Source: a virus
Lineage: Duplodnaviria; Caudoviricetes
Direction: 5' to 3' (one strand)
DNA length: 64,000 nt
IMG/VR virus record: IMGVR_UViG_3300037418_002332
In this document: positions 1 through 8,766 of the stretch, in pieces
How the letters are laid out: each line of letters opens with the position of its first letter
Position numbering within the stretch: position 1 is the first letter of the stretch
Position numbers and translations under genes: made by a program
The notes under the pieces: model-generated
Told to the model about the DNA's origin: nothing
Database searches by the model: none
What the model saw: the letters and a program-made list of their open reading frames with translations, nothing else

Positions 1-552
1 CGTCTGTCCACCTACATCAGCAATGCTGACAATGACTATTACGATGAAGGCTATGGTGAAGGAACCGAACGGAAGGACGACCGTTATATTGGTTTGATGG
101 AAGATATTGATTGCGATGATGTCACTCATAAGCGCGAAGAAACCAAAAAGAAACGACTAAATAAGACGAAAGTCGTGGATGAGGATAATGACGACGAATC
201 TACTGCACCAAAACAGAAAAATATTTTCGTCAATTTGTCTGATCTTCTGAATTCTATTGATGGACTTAATTCACCAGAAGATTTCATCCTTATCGCCACA
301 ACTAATCACATTAATCAGTTGGACCCTGCTTTACTTCGCAAGGGACGTTTCGACGACATTATCGAAATCAAACCACTTGAAACTCCAGAAATCGTCAGAA
401 TGATTTCAGTCTTCCGTGAAGACGTTGGAACCAAACTAAACAACCTAACTTTCAATCCTATTCCTGGATCAGTGTTGCAAGATTTAATTCTCCAGCACTT
501 GGATGATCCTGTTGAAGTGCTGATTGAAAAACTAAATGAGAGGACCCCATAA
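1..552 (+). CDS. AAA+ ATPase, C-terminal part (BCS1-like); 5' end lies outside the window
   Basis: Frame 1 is open from base 1. 'NLSDLLNSIDG...IATTNHINQLDPALLRKGRFD' matches the AAA+ post-Walker-B helix, sensor 1 and second region of homology (Arg finger) as seen in BCS1-like ATPases. Confidence 0.85.
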   Translation, partial: RLSTYISNADNDYYDEGYGEGTERKDDRYIGLMEDIDCDDVTHKREETKKKRLNKTKVVDEDNDDESTAPKQKNIFVNLSDLLNSIDGLNSPEDFILIATTNHINQLDPALLRKGRFDDIIEIKPLETPEIVRMISVFREDVGTKLNNLTFNPIPGSVLQDLILQHLDDPVEVLIEKLNERTP

Positions 553-1073
553 TGGCAGATGAAATTGAACAAGAAGTAGCAAACACTGTACAAGTCGTTA
601 GCGAACCAATTGAAGTAGAAATTGGTGAACCAATCACCCAATTGGAGCATGATCCTGTGCAAGCCGATTTGATGTCAACTATCAATCAAATTCAAGCTCA
701 AGATAATCCAATTGATACAAGCAAGGCAATGCTTGAACTTCAAATCCAAATGGAACGTGAAAAAGAAGCAGCAGAAGCAGCAGAACCTGTTAAGAAGACA
801 CGTAAGCCAAGAGAACCAAAAAAGTCCATTAAAATTCAACAAGTTGAAGTTGAAGATATCAAAGATCATAAGATATTTTCATATTTAAATGAAATTGATG
901 AATATCAAACCGAATTTGATGTGTCAAAGGAAGATGCTGTTAAATTGGCACAACAACTATTGGGCATTCGTCAAACTGGCGAATTGGATCAGACCACTAT
1001 CTCTGCCCTTGATGCTGAATCAAGTCCAAGAGATTTTATCAATGATTATAGAAACCGAAGAAAGAAGAAGTAA
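552..1073 (+). CDS. hypothetical acidic protein with a C-terminal peptidoglycan-binding-like motif
   Basis: 173-aa ORF coupled to the ATPase by TAATG. 'AVKLAQQLLGIRQTGELDQTTISAL' resembles the PG_binding_1 motif. Confidence 0.6.
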   Translation: MADEIEQEVANTVQVVSEPIEVEIGEPITQLEHDPVQADLMSTINQIQAQDNPIDTSKAMLELQIQMEREKEAAEAAEPVKKTRKPREPKKSIKIQQVEVEDIKDHKIFSYLNEIDEYQTEFDVSKEDAVKLAQQLLGIRQTGELDQTTISALDAESSPRDFINDYRNRRKKK

Positions 1074-1083
1074 GGAGAAAGAC

Positions 1084-1227
1084 GTGTTTAAGAACTTTTT
1101 GAAGAATAGACGTGCAATTCGTGCAACTGAGAATGAGCTTTATCGTCTCAGCGATCGTGATCTGCGTGATCTAGGATTTTCGCGTTGTGATATTCCAAGA
1201 ATTGCGAGAGATTCAGTTATTCGTTAA
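1084..1227 (+). CDS. short Arg-rich DUF1127 (YjiS-like) protein, 47 aa
   Basis: AAGGAG SD at about 1072-1077 precedes GTG at 1084. MFKNFLKNRRAIRATENELYRLSDRDLRDLGFSRCDIPRIARDSVIR contains the DUF1127 signature 'EL..LSDR.L.D.G.SR.DI'. The track's 889 start is an in-frame extension. Confidence 0.85.
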   Translation: MFKNFLKNRRAIRATENELYRLSDRDLRDLGFSRCDIPRIARDSVIR

Positions 1228-1256
1228 TTGACTTTCACTCCGATTTCATTTACAAA
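1228..1256 (+). promoter_or_regulatory. sigma70-like early promoter
   Basis: TTGACT (1228-1233), 17-nt spacer, TACAAA (1251-1256), ahead of the GGAG SD of the next gene. Confidence 0.5.
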
Positions 1257-1274
1257 TGAGCATTGGAGAATTAT

Positions 1275-1586
1275 ATGAACGAAACGGAAAAATTGCTACG
1301 ACGTATTGGTTATTATCGTAGCAAACAAAAATACGGAAAGGGAAACGTCAAAAATCCCTTTCCGGACCTCACCATAAAGACTACATACTCTTTGTCGAAT
1401 GGATTTGCCAAATCAGGCTTCAAACAATCCATAGACGATCATCGATGGAAACGAGATCGAGAAGAATCAAAAGCCACGATTGATGCCATCGAACGCAAAA
1501 AGAAATCAGTAGCGATTGCCTATAACAAAGGTGGATATCAATATCTGCCCAATAAAGACGACGCCAAATACATAGGGAAGAAATAG
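1275..1586 (+). CDS. conserved T4-like phage hypothetical protein (basic)
   Basis: GGAG SD and ATG at 1275. The C-terminal 'AIAYNKGGYQY' motif is typical of a T4-like phage hypothetical family. Confidence 0.65.
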   Translation: MNETEKLLRRIGYYRSKQKYGKGNVKNPFPDLTIKTTYSLSNGFAKSGFKQSIDDHRWKRDREESKATIDAIERKKKSVAIAYNKGGYQYLPNKDDAKYIGKK

Positions 1587-1808
1587 TTGGAAACTGTAAT
1601 CTACTCAAAACCAAATTGCCCATACTGCACAAACGCCAAGAACCTGTTTGAAAGACTTAACATTCCTTATGAGGAAAAAGTTCTTGATATTGATTTCACT
1701 CGTGATGATCTACTTGAAATGTTTCCTGGTGCTAAGACATTTCCTCAAATCATTTATGATGGTGAATACGTTGGTGGTTTCGCTGAATTGGCAAAGAGAT
1801 TCGGCTAA
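1587..1808 (+). CDS. nrdC: glutaredoxin
   Basis: 'IYSKPNCPYC' active site, 'TFPQI' and 'YVGGF' motifs; TTG start. Confidence 0.92.
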   Translation: METVIYSKPNCPYCTNAKNLFERLNIPYEEKVLDIDFTRDDLLEMFPGAKTFPQIIYDGEYVGGFAELAKRFG

Positions 1809-2137
1809 TGGTTGATACACCAAGAACAACTTTATCTGACGGAACTCAAATTTATCCAAGTCATCGTGAAATCAATCCCAAAACAGGACAACAACAGGGT
1901 TATGTTGTTTTGGCTGAAGAAGAACGGGCAAAAGGATTTGTTCGGCCATTAAGAAGAACTTACACTCATTTGTTTTGCAAAACAGATACAACCATGGGTC
2001 AAACGATTGCTGAAACGTATGCTCGTGATCCATATTTTTACAGTGGAACATTTTGTTGCGGGTGCGGCAAACATTATCCTGTTGGTGAAGATGGCGAGTT
2101 TGTATGGAAAGGCACAAGTGAAAAGGTTGGCACATGA
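1808..2137 (+). CDS. hypothetical protein with a probable Zn-binding module
   Basis: 109-aa coupled ORF with 'HLFC' and 'FCCGCGKHYP' motifs. Confidence 0.65.
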   Translation: MVDTPRTTLSDGTQIYPSHREINPKTGQQQGYVVLAEEERAKGFVRPLRRTYTHLFCKTDTTMGQTIAETYARDPYFYSGTFCCGCGKHYPVGEDGEFVWKGTSEKVGT

Positions 2138-3075
2138 ATGAAATTATTGAACCACTAGACAATGGAACTTATCAAAAGGCCAAAGGCGGCACAGAAATGA
2201 TGTATGGGGAGCTTATCAAACGGCTCCCTCAACATCTTGTTGATAAGACGCAAATCATTTGTTCACGCATTCGCAATCTTGATCCAACGAAGAAAAAAGT
2301 TTTGTGGCTTCATGACACATGGGATGATCCTGAAAATGAACATCTCAAATATCCTGAATTGCGCAAACGATTTTCCAAATTGGTGTTTGTATCCAATTAT
2401 CAATTCCAGACATATCATCAAGCATATGGCATCACATACGAAGAATCCGTCGTTCTGAAAAATTGCGTTCAGCCATTTACTTCAATCAACAAACCCGATA
2501 TAAATGAGCGTGTTAATCTGATCTATCATACAACACCTCACCGTGGTTTGGAATTGTTGGTTCCGGTGTTTGTGAAGATGGCCCAGTCGAACCCAAAGTT
2601 GCATCTTGACGTGTATTCATCGTTCGACATTTATGGATGGCCACAAAGGAATGCGCCATATGAACCATTGTTTGACATTTGTCGTAATCACCCTCAAATC
2701 GATTACCACGGAACCGTACCAAATGCCGATGTCCGGTCGGCTTTGGAAAAGGCCCACATCTTTGCATTTCCTTCAATATGGCCTGAAACCAGTTGCATTG
2801 CTGTTATGGAGGCAATGGCTGCCGAGGTAGCAGTGGTCTGTTCGGATTATGCAGCATTGTCAGAAACGACAATGGGCAATGCAATGATGTATCGCTTCCA
2901 AGAAACTCCGGTTGCACACGCGAACCTTTTTATGTACGCTCTGCAGGAGACCATCAAAAACCTCACTCAAAATGATCTAAGAAAGAACTTGACTTTTGCC
3001 AAAAACCAGGTTATAATGAATTATTCCTGGGAATATAGGATTCCCCAGTGGATTGAGCTCTTGGAGAACCTTTGA
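2134..3075 (+). CDS. glycosyltransferase, GT-B fold (GT4/group 1)
   Basis: 'FPSIWPETSCIAVMEAMAA' is the E-x7-E nucleotide-sugar motif; 'YHTTPHRGLELL' and 'KGGTE' are typical of phage GTs. Confidence 0.88.
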   Translation: MNEIIEPLDNGTYQKAKGGTEMMYGELIKRLPQHLVDKTQIICSRIRNLDPTKKKVLWLHDTWDDPENEHLKYPELRKRFSKLVFVSNYQFQTYHQAYGITYEESVVLKNCVQPFTSINKPDINERVNLIYHTTPHRGLELLVPVFVKMAQSNPKLHLDVYSSFDIYGWPQRNAPYEPLFDICRNHPQIDYHGTVPNADVRSALEKAHIFAFPSIWPETSCIAVMEAMAAEVAVVCSDYAALSETTMGNAMMYRFQETPVAHANLFMYALQETIKNLTQNDLRKNLTFAKNQVIMNYSWEYRIPQWIELLENL

Positions 3076-3076
3076 T

Positions 3077-4102
3077 ATGAAAAAGAGGCAAGTCTCAGAA
3101 ATCCTTCTGAAGCGTGCTATTGGTCGTGAGCCGGAACCGAATTCGGTTATCGACGATGTTTCCTCGGTTTTCAATACCTTTAATGAAAGGAAGAACCGCA
3201 AGGACGCAATCGGATTTTTCGAAGCCTATATGGCTGAGAAGAACCCTGAGTTTCTGAAGGAACGTGACTACTCGAAGCTTGAGACGACCGTCGGTTGGAT
3301 CGCTCGGCTTCTGACTTTGAATTGCTCGTTGCCATCCGAAACCGTGGAATGGTTCAATCGTAAGGTTGACGCATTCCCGGCTGCTACCGCCAAGCCGGTT
3401 GCGAATATGGCTTCGGTTCGTGATAGTCTGGAAATTCGGACAATCGCTGAAATCGAAGAAAAATTCGACCGCAATGAAACTGAATCCTTTGATTGGCTGA
3501 AAGGCCAGCAACTGCCGAAGTCGGTGATCAAGGCGATCGACCGTATCTTCCGCGGAAGGCTGGAGGAACTTGATCTGATCGACACCGACGATCAGGTTCG
3601 TGAAGCGTTTTCGGTATTTACTCCGAAGGAAATCAAGGGTATGAAGGATTCGCTTTCCCGCCTTCTCAATGTGTTCGGTTCTACCGAAGGCGCTGAGGAA
3701 GTGGTGAAGCGTGGCCGTCAGTCAAAAATTAAGACGGCAAAGGAAATCGCCCAGTGGATGACTGTGGCTGGTGATGACGCAGACACTGGTCTGAAGGGAT
3801 TGCCGGCTGAGAAAATTGTTGGTGCGACGACCGTTGTTGTCTATCGACCAGACCACCGAACCCTGACGATCTTTACGGCTCTCGAGGGAAAGACCTTGAC
3901 CGTTAAGGGAAAATCAATTATGAATCATGATCCGGAGAAGAGTTTCGCCAAGTCTGTCCGTAATCCGGAGAAACTTGCGGCTCACTTCCTGGTCAAGAAC
4001 CATAAGCGGCTGATGGCGGCATTTGAAACCCTGAACACTAAAGCGAGGCCGCAGACAACTTCCCTGATTTCTGCAAATCATATGTTGATCTCCGCCTTTT
4101 AA
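3077..4102 (+). CDS. hypothetical protein (341 aa), GC-richer codon usage
   Basis: GGAG SD and ATG at 3077. Long ORF rich in CTG/CCG/GCG/ACC codons. Confidence 0.75.
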   Translation: MKKRQVSEILLKRAIGREPEPNSVIDDVSSVFNTFNERKNRKDAIGFFEAYMAEKNPEFLKERDYSKLETTVGWIARLLTLNCSLPSETVEWFNRKVDAFPAATAKPVANMASVRDSLEIRTIAEIEEKFDRNETESFDWLKGQQLPKSVIKAIDRIFRGRLEELDLIDTDDQVREAFSVFTPKEIKGMKDSLSRLLNVFGSTEGAEEVVKRGRQSKIKTAKEIAQWMTVAGDDADTGLKGLPAEKIVGATTVVVYRPDHRTLTIFTALEGKTLTVKGKSIMNHDPEKSFAKSVRNPEKLAAHFLVKNHKRLMAAFETLNTKARPQTTSLISANHMLISAF

Positions 4103-4110
4103 GGAGAGAA

Positions 4111-4416
4111 ATGAATAACGTCCTTATCTACCCAAAATTTAAGAAGACTGATCTAAAAGAGATCGTAAGTGACGCGGATATGGACAGTGTAGCTAATCAC
4201 TACACTGTCCAGTTTATGAAGGCAATGGAGAACCACGGCATTAACGCCGACCCTGCCTTCTATAAAGACCTGACCTTCCTTCGTGAAATGGTTAAGGCAA
4301 TATTGCTCCGAACCCAAGGCAAGCACCATTCGATCCAAGACTTTATGGACGATGCGTACATTGATGAAATGCCTTTCGATGAGGATGCCGATTACAATGA
4401 AGAGGATGAGCATTGA
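4111..4416 (+). CDS. hypothetical protein
   Basis: AAGGAG SD; 101-aa ORF with an acidic tail. Confidence 0.65.
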   Translation: MNNVLIYPKFKKTDLKEIVSDADMDSVANHYTVQFMKAMENHGINADPAFYKDLTFLREMVKAILLRTQGKHHSIQDFMDDAYIDEMPFDEDADYNEEDEH

Positions 4417-4610
4417 AAACGTTTGATGAATGGTTTGATGAAAAATTTCCAGAAGAATCATTCGGTTCACTCAAAGGCGCATTTCGTTTAGGAGTGAAAA
4501 ATGATATCGCTCGCAAAGCTTATGAATTTGCTGTGGCGAGTTCCGCATTGATTGCTGATTCATATTTGGACGGCACAGAAATTTCAAATGATATCAGAAA
4601 CCTAAAATGA
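4413..4610 (+). CDS. hypothetical protein
   Basis: 65-aa ORF overlapping both neighbours by 4 nt. Confidence 0.5.
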   Translation: MKTFDEWFDEKFPEESFGSLKGAFRLGVKNDIARKAYEFAVASSALIADSYLDGTEISNDIRNLK

Positions 4611-5473
4611 TCCTAGTTGATTTTAACAACGTGGTGTTTGCCGGCATCATGGCCCAGTTGGGTGAGTTCGGCGGCAAGTTTGAGGAAGGCTTAATCCGTC
4701 ATATGGTATTGACCTTCATACTAAGCTACAAGCGCAAATATCCTGGGTATGGAGAGCTCGTTCTTTGTTGTGATGGTGGTAACCCATGGCGTAAGGATTA
4801 CTTCGAACACTACAAGGCGCGACGTAAGGCAAAGCCGGTTGAAGGCGAGGCTGATGAGGCTGCTGAATCCGATGACTCATTGGATATGGAGGAGTTCTTC
4901 CGTATCCTAAACGTTGTCCGTGAGGAAATGAAAGCCCGAATGCCTTACAAGGTGATTCAGGTTTACAGAACCGAAGGCGACGACGCTATTGCGGTTCTAG
5001 CTAAGCATATGCCCGGTCCTCATGTCGTCATATCCAACGATAAGGATTTTACGCAACTTTGTAAGTTCGATGGATTGATACATTTCTCACCATTGCGTAA
5101 GGGTGAAGTGAAAACGGCCAATGCGGATATGTTTTTGAAAGAAATGATCATTCGCGGTGACGCGGGTGACGATGTTCCGAATATTCTGTCTGACGATGAC
5201 GTGTTTGTCGTTAAGGAAAAGCGGCAAAAGTCAATCATGGCTAAGAAGCTCGTCAATTGGCTCGTTGAACCTCTTGAACAAAACTTCGATGCAGATAAAA
5301 TCGAACGCAATCGACGAATGATTGATTTTGAAGAAATTCCTCAAGAATATGTCGATAAAATTTTGGGTGAATATGAATCCCAAAAAGACAAACGCATCAC
5401 TCGTCAAGATATCTTTGGTTATTTTGTCGCCAAGAAACTGTCGCGAATGGTTGATATGATTCAGCATTTCTGA
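4607..5473 (+). CDS. rnh: T4-like RNase H / 5'-3' exonuclease
   Basis: 'MILVDFNN', 'WRKDYFEHYKARR', 'EGDDAIA', 'ISNDKDFTQL' and 'IIRGDAGDDVPNI' are FEN/T4 RNase H motifs. Confidence 0.93.
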   Translation: MILVDFNNVVFAGIMAQLGEFGGKFEEGLIRHMVLTFILSYKRKYPGYGELVLCCDGGNPWRKDYFEHYKARRKAKPVEGEADEAAESDDSLDMEEFFRILNVVREEMKARMPYKVIQVYRTEGDDAIAVLAKHMPGPHVVISNDKDFTQLCKFDGLIHFSPLRKGEVKTANADMFLKEMIIRGDAGDDVPNILSDDDVFVVKEKRQKSIMAKKLVNWLVEPLEQNFDADKIERNRRMIDFEEIPQEYVDKILGEYESQKDKRITRQDIFGYFVAKKLSRMVDMIQHF

Positions 5474-5474
5474 G

Positions 5475-5481
5475 CTAAATA
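5475..5481 (+). promoter_or_regulatory. T4-type late promoter variant (CTAAATA)
   Basis: CTAAATA in the intergenic gap after rnh, about 27 nt before the ATG at 5509. Confidence 0.45.
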
Positions 5482-5508
5482 TTTAAACAATTTAAACAAG
5501 GAACTAAC

Positions 5509-5940
5509 ATGAAATATGCTATCTCAGAAATTTTAGAATTGGCTAATGAAGCATGGGGCAAAAAGCGTAAGATCGCTGCTCTTCATGAACATTCAGGACC
5601 TCAATTGAAAGTGATTCTCGATTATTGCTACAATCCAAACATCAAGTGGCTTGTCGATCCTGATATGAAATATGATCCATGTGACGATAATCTCAACTCC
5701 CTCCGTACTCGCCTGTTTACAGAAGCTGCCAGCCTTAACAGATTTGTAAACATTGGGCCTTATCCTACTCTCAATCAAAAGAAACGCGACCTGTTGTTCC
5801 AGACAGTGTTGGAAACAATCCATCCAAAGGATGCTGAGTTGCTCCAATTCATCGTGAAGAATCGCGCTCTTCCATACAACAAACTCAATAAGGAAACAAT
5901 CGCAGAAGCATTTCCAATTCTGTCACAAAACTGGGGATAA
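5509..5940 (+). CDS. conserved T4-like hypothetical protein downstream of rnh
   Basis: AAGGAA SD; 'ILDYCYNPNIKW' and 'LETIHPKDAELL' match a family commonly found next to rnh. Confidence 0.7.
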   Translation: MKYAISEILELANEAWGKKRKIAALHEHSGPQLKVILDYCYNPNIKWLVDPDMKYDPCDDNLNSLRTRLFTEAASLNRFVNIGPYPTLNQKKRDLLFQTVLETIHPKDAELLQFIVKNRALPYNKLNKETIAEAFPILSQNWG

Positions 5941-5949
5941 CATTTTGTT

Positions 5950-6360
5950 ATGGCTAAAACATGGTGGTTGCGAAAACGGTTGACTCCAGATCAAAGGAGT
6001 GAACTTCGTACCGAAATAATGAAGGTTGACGTCGATGCATATTGGGAAGAGCACGAAACAGACAAATCTATCATTAGCCTTGGCCGGTTGAACACCTGGA
6101 TTCAACCGGATGAAAAAGGAACTGTGATAGTGTTCCAAGACAATTCATTATTTTCTCTTCGCAATTGGCAAGAAGTCGTCAAAATAACTGAGTTAGAATC
6201 AGGACCACTTTTAGCAATCAAACCTATTGGTGGAATTCATGTTGAAAATATTCGCTTGATTAAGAACCAAAAAGTTTCATTCAAAATACATTCAGACAAA
6301 TGGAAAAATTTTGATACATTGATTTTGTCTGAATGGTTCATAGCAGGATTTGATTTGTGA
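5950..6360 (+). CDS. LEDW-family paralogue 1 (unknown function)
   Basis: N-terminus 'WWLRKRLTPDQRSEL'; C-terminus 'LILSEWFI'. Confidence 0.7.
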   Translation: MAKTWWLRKRLTPDQRSELRTEIMKVDVDAYWEEHETDKSIISLGRLNTWIQPDEKGTVIVFQDNSLFSLRNWQEVVKITELESGPLLAIKPIGGIHVENIRLIKNQKVSFKIHSDKWKNFDTLILSEWFIAGFDL

Positions 6361-6752
6361 GTCATTGGTTCGTACAAAAATCCATTGCTGTTCGAGATCA
6401 TGTTGAACTACATAGACTTCTAACAAAAGCCGGAACCGTTTTTGAAGACCTCCTTTGGTATGAAACTGATGGCTATTCGGTGATCAGTTTCACAGGATTA
6501 TCTCAATGGTTGCTTGAGTGGAATAAACATTTCAGAGACGTCAAGGAATTGTATCTCATATATCATGATGAGGTAATTCCAAGACCTGTGAAGATTGATA
6601 AATTGGTGCAATTGGATAATGCAATTCAATTCCACTATGAGCTTGGTTTTAGAAACGTTCGTGACCGACAAATTGTTAATCTTCATCTGAAGCATATAGA
6701 TTGGGATTTTGTCATTCATTTAGAAGATTGGGAAGTGGTTAGAGTGGACTGA
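6357..6752 (+). CDS. LEDW-family paralogue 2
   Basis: GTG start overlapping the previous stop; 'WFVQKSI...HVEL' and 'IHLEDWEV'. Confidence 0.7.
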   Translation: MSHWFVQKSIAVRDHVELHRLLTKAGTVFEDLLWYETDGYSVISFTGLSQWLLEWNKHFRDVKELYLIYHDEVIPRPVKIDKLVQLDNAIQFHYELGFRNVRDRQIVNLHLKHIDWDFVIHLEDWEVVRVD

Positions 6753-7156
6753 TGATATCTGAGTGGCGCATTCAAAAATATTTGACGCTTCCTCAACGAA
6801 CCGAATTGACCAAAATGATTGGCGGTTGGTTACTAGTTGATATGTTTGATGATCAAACAGATAGCTACATCAGTTGCGCAATGTTTGATGAATGGGCTAG
6901 AATGTACGGTGATCGGGCTATTATACATGTTTGGTGGAAAGATGCGACAAAAATTTGGCACGAAAGAAAATTTCGTGGATTTGAAGAAGGCAGATCATCA
7001 GGTAAACTGTTTGCAAATATCTTTGATGTCAATGGAAAAGAATCTTCTATGCTATTTAATGTCGGAAGCGATATCTCAATGTCCGTTGAACTTGATACAT
7101 GGCCGAATGAAATTTTGTTTCTCGAACATTGGAAAGTTGGGAAGGGCAGACAATAA
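6752..7156 (+). CDS. LEDW-family paralogue 3
   Basis: 'WRIQKYLTLPQRTEL' and 'LFLEHWKV'. Confidence 0.7.
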   Translation: MISEWRIQKYLTLPQRTELTKMIGGWLLVDMFDDQTDSYISCAMFDEWARMYGDRAIIHVWWKDATKIWHERKFRGFEEGRSSGKLFANIFDVNGKESSMLFNVGSDISMSVELDTWPNEILFLEHWKVGKGRQ

Positions 7157-7554
7157 TGTATCATTGGTACATCAGAAAACCTTTGTATGATCAGGATCAC
7201 GAGGAGTTGGGCAAACATTTTTTAGCTGGCTATCGTCGTGAAAAAGATGATGAAGGTGATTGGTATTCTCAACTTGATATTGAAATATTGATGAAAATGA
7301 TTGATATGCCAGAATTGTTAGAAGTGAAAGTTTTTCATCTTCCAATTTTTGATCGTTTGATGAAATTAAAAATGATTACTGATGAAGGTGATTTGTTACA
7401 CTTCCAAATTTGGGATCAAGAATTACAAAGAACTCGAGTGATAGATATTGCCTACGGTGAAGGAATTTCAGTATCAATTGATTTGTTAAAACAAACCGAT
7501 TTCTTGTTATATCTTGAAGGTTGGACATTGGGTAGAAAATGGGTTGGACGATAG
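7156..7554 (+). CDS. LEDW-family paralogue 4
   Basis: TAATG coupling puts the start at 7156 rather than the track's 7129; 'WYIRKPLYDQDHEEL' and 'LYLEGWTL'. Confidence 0.7.
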   Translation: MYHWYIRKPLYDQDHEELGKHFLAGYRREKDDEGDWYSQLDIEILMKMIDMPELLEVKVFHLPIFDRLMKLKMITDEGDLLHFQIWDQELQRTRVIDIAYGEGISVSIDLLKQTDFLLYLEGWTLGRKWVGR

Positions 7555-7925
7555 TCAAAGTTCTTAGCAATTCTCTTACGGATGATTTCAACAATCATTT
7601 CAAAGGAAAGAGCATTTCCAAAGTTAATGAAATGACTGCCTATGAATCAGAAGCGATCATTTTCTTGGAATCATTCGTGACTTTGACCAGTAAACATACT
7701 GATGAATTTGCTTGTTATTTGTATGAAGAGGACAAAAAGTACAAAATTTCTTCAATTAAACATTCAAGACAATTTGTCGATTTTGAACTTTTTCCACCTG
7801 CACTACCAACTGGTGATGAATATAGAACATATGAACACGGTGATGTGATAAATTTGGAATTGGAAACAAGTGACCTTTCTGTGTTTCTTGAAAACTGGGT
7901 TCTGTTGAATGAGGACGGCAGATGA
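7539..7925 (+). CDS. LEDW-family paralogue 5
   Basis: 'WTIVKVL' and 'VFLENWVL'. Confidence 0.65.
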   Translation: MGWTIVKVLSNSLTDDFNNHFKGKSISKVNEMTAYESEAIIFLESFVTLTSKHTDEFACYLYEEDKKYKISSIKHSRQFVDFELFPPALPTGDEYRTYEHGDVINLELETSDLSVFLENWVLLNEDGR

Positions 7926-8209
7926 AAATCTCAGGCAAAACAGTTGATTACAAAATTGTGGTAGATGAGGTGTTCGAATTCATCGACACCCATGGTTTGC
8001 CATTAGATTATGTATTGACTTATCTTCATGAACGTAATATGGAAATGGACTGGCTTGCGTTCTTCTTAGATGCTAAGAAAGCCGGTTGGAATATCTCAAC
8101 GATCAAATCGAAAAGTATGGCTGCTGTCGCTGATGCGTTCGGTGGTCGTTCCGTCAGGACACTGGCGATAAATGACAGAATTGCTAAAGCATTGGACCCA
8201 TTCTTATGA
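7922..8209 (+). CDS. small protein resembling a helical segment of alanyl-tRNA synthetase
   Basis: 'VFEFIDTHGLPLDYV...ERNMEMDWLAF' parallels the AlaRS 'AFKLYDTYGFPLDLT...ERGLTVD..GF' segment. Confidence 0.55.
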   Translation: MKISGKTVDYKIVVDEVFEFIDTHGLPLDYVLTYLHERNMEMDWLAFFLDAKKAGWNISTIKSKSMAAVADAFGGRSVRTLAINDRIAKALDPFL

Positions 8210-8766
8210 AAACTGCATTGATTATTGGAAACGGTGTTTCCCGGAAAAAACTCAATCTGCATGCTTTACCGCCTGAAGGTTTCACAACCTTTGGGTGCAA
8301 CGCATTATATCGAGAGTTCACTCCTGATTGGTTAGTGGCCTTGGACGATAAAATCATTGAGGAGATCAATCAATCCGATTTCCCCAAGGATCGCTTCTAT
8401 GTACCGCCTTTCGATGAGCAGTTCGAGCCTGCCATATACAATCCCAGTCGGCCTAGGGAGAACGCTGGCATGATCGCTATGCGTTTGGCGATCCAGCTAG
8501 GTTATGATAATTTAGAGCTCATAGGATTGGATTTTTTGGTGGAAGATGGCGTGCTGAATATGGCTAACATTTATGATGGCACGAATGCCTATGGGCCTGA
8601 AACACGGGCAAGTTATTTTGATTGCATTATGCGTTCTGAATATTTCAGATGGTTTGTTAAACAAAATCCGACTGTGAAGTTCAAGGTTATCTATCCTGAA
8701 AGTTTTATCACCGACCATGCTGTACGTGTGGCTCCAATGGACAATTTTGAATATGCGGTGTTCTGA
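8206..8766 (+). CDS. Rossmann-like protein of the MptE/DUF115/sialyltransferase-like group
   Basis: 'ALIIGNGVSR', 'FGCNALYRE', 'PDWLVALD' and 'LELIGLDF' motifs. Confidence 0.55.
   Translation: MKTALIIGNGVSRKKLNLHALPPEGFTTFGCNALYREFTPDWLVALDDKIIEEINQSDFPKDRFYVPPFDEQFEPAIYNPSRPRENAGMIAMRLAIQLGYDNLELIGLDFLVEDGVLNMANIYDGTNAYGPETRASYFDCIMRSEYFRWFVKQNPTVKFKVIYPESFITDHAVRVAPMDNFEYAVF

Noticed and set aside
889-1083. Long N-terminus for the DUF1127 ORF
   Set aside because: It overlaps ORF 552-1073 in another frame; the SD supports GTG at 1084.
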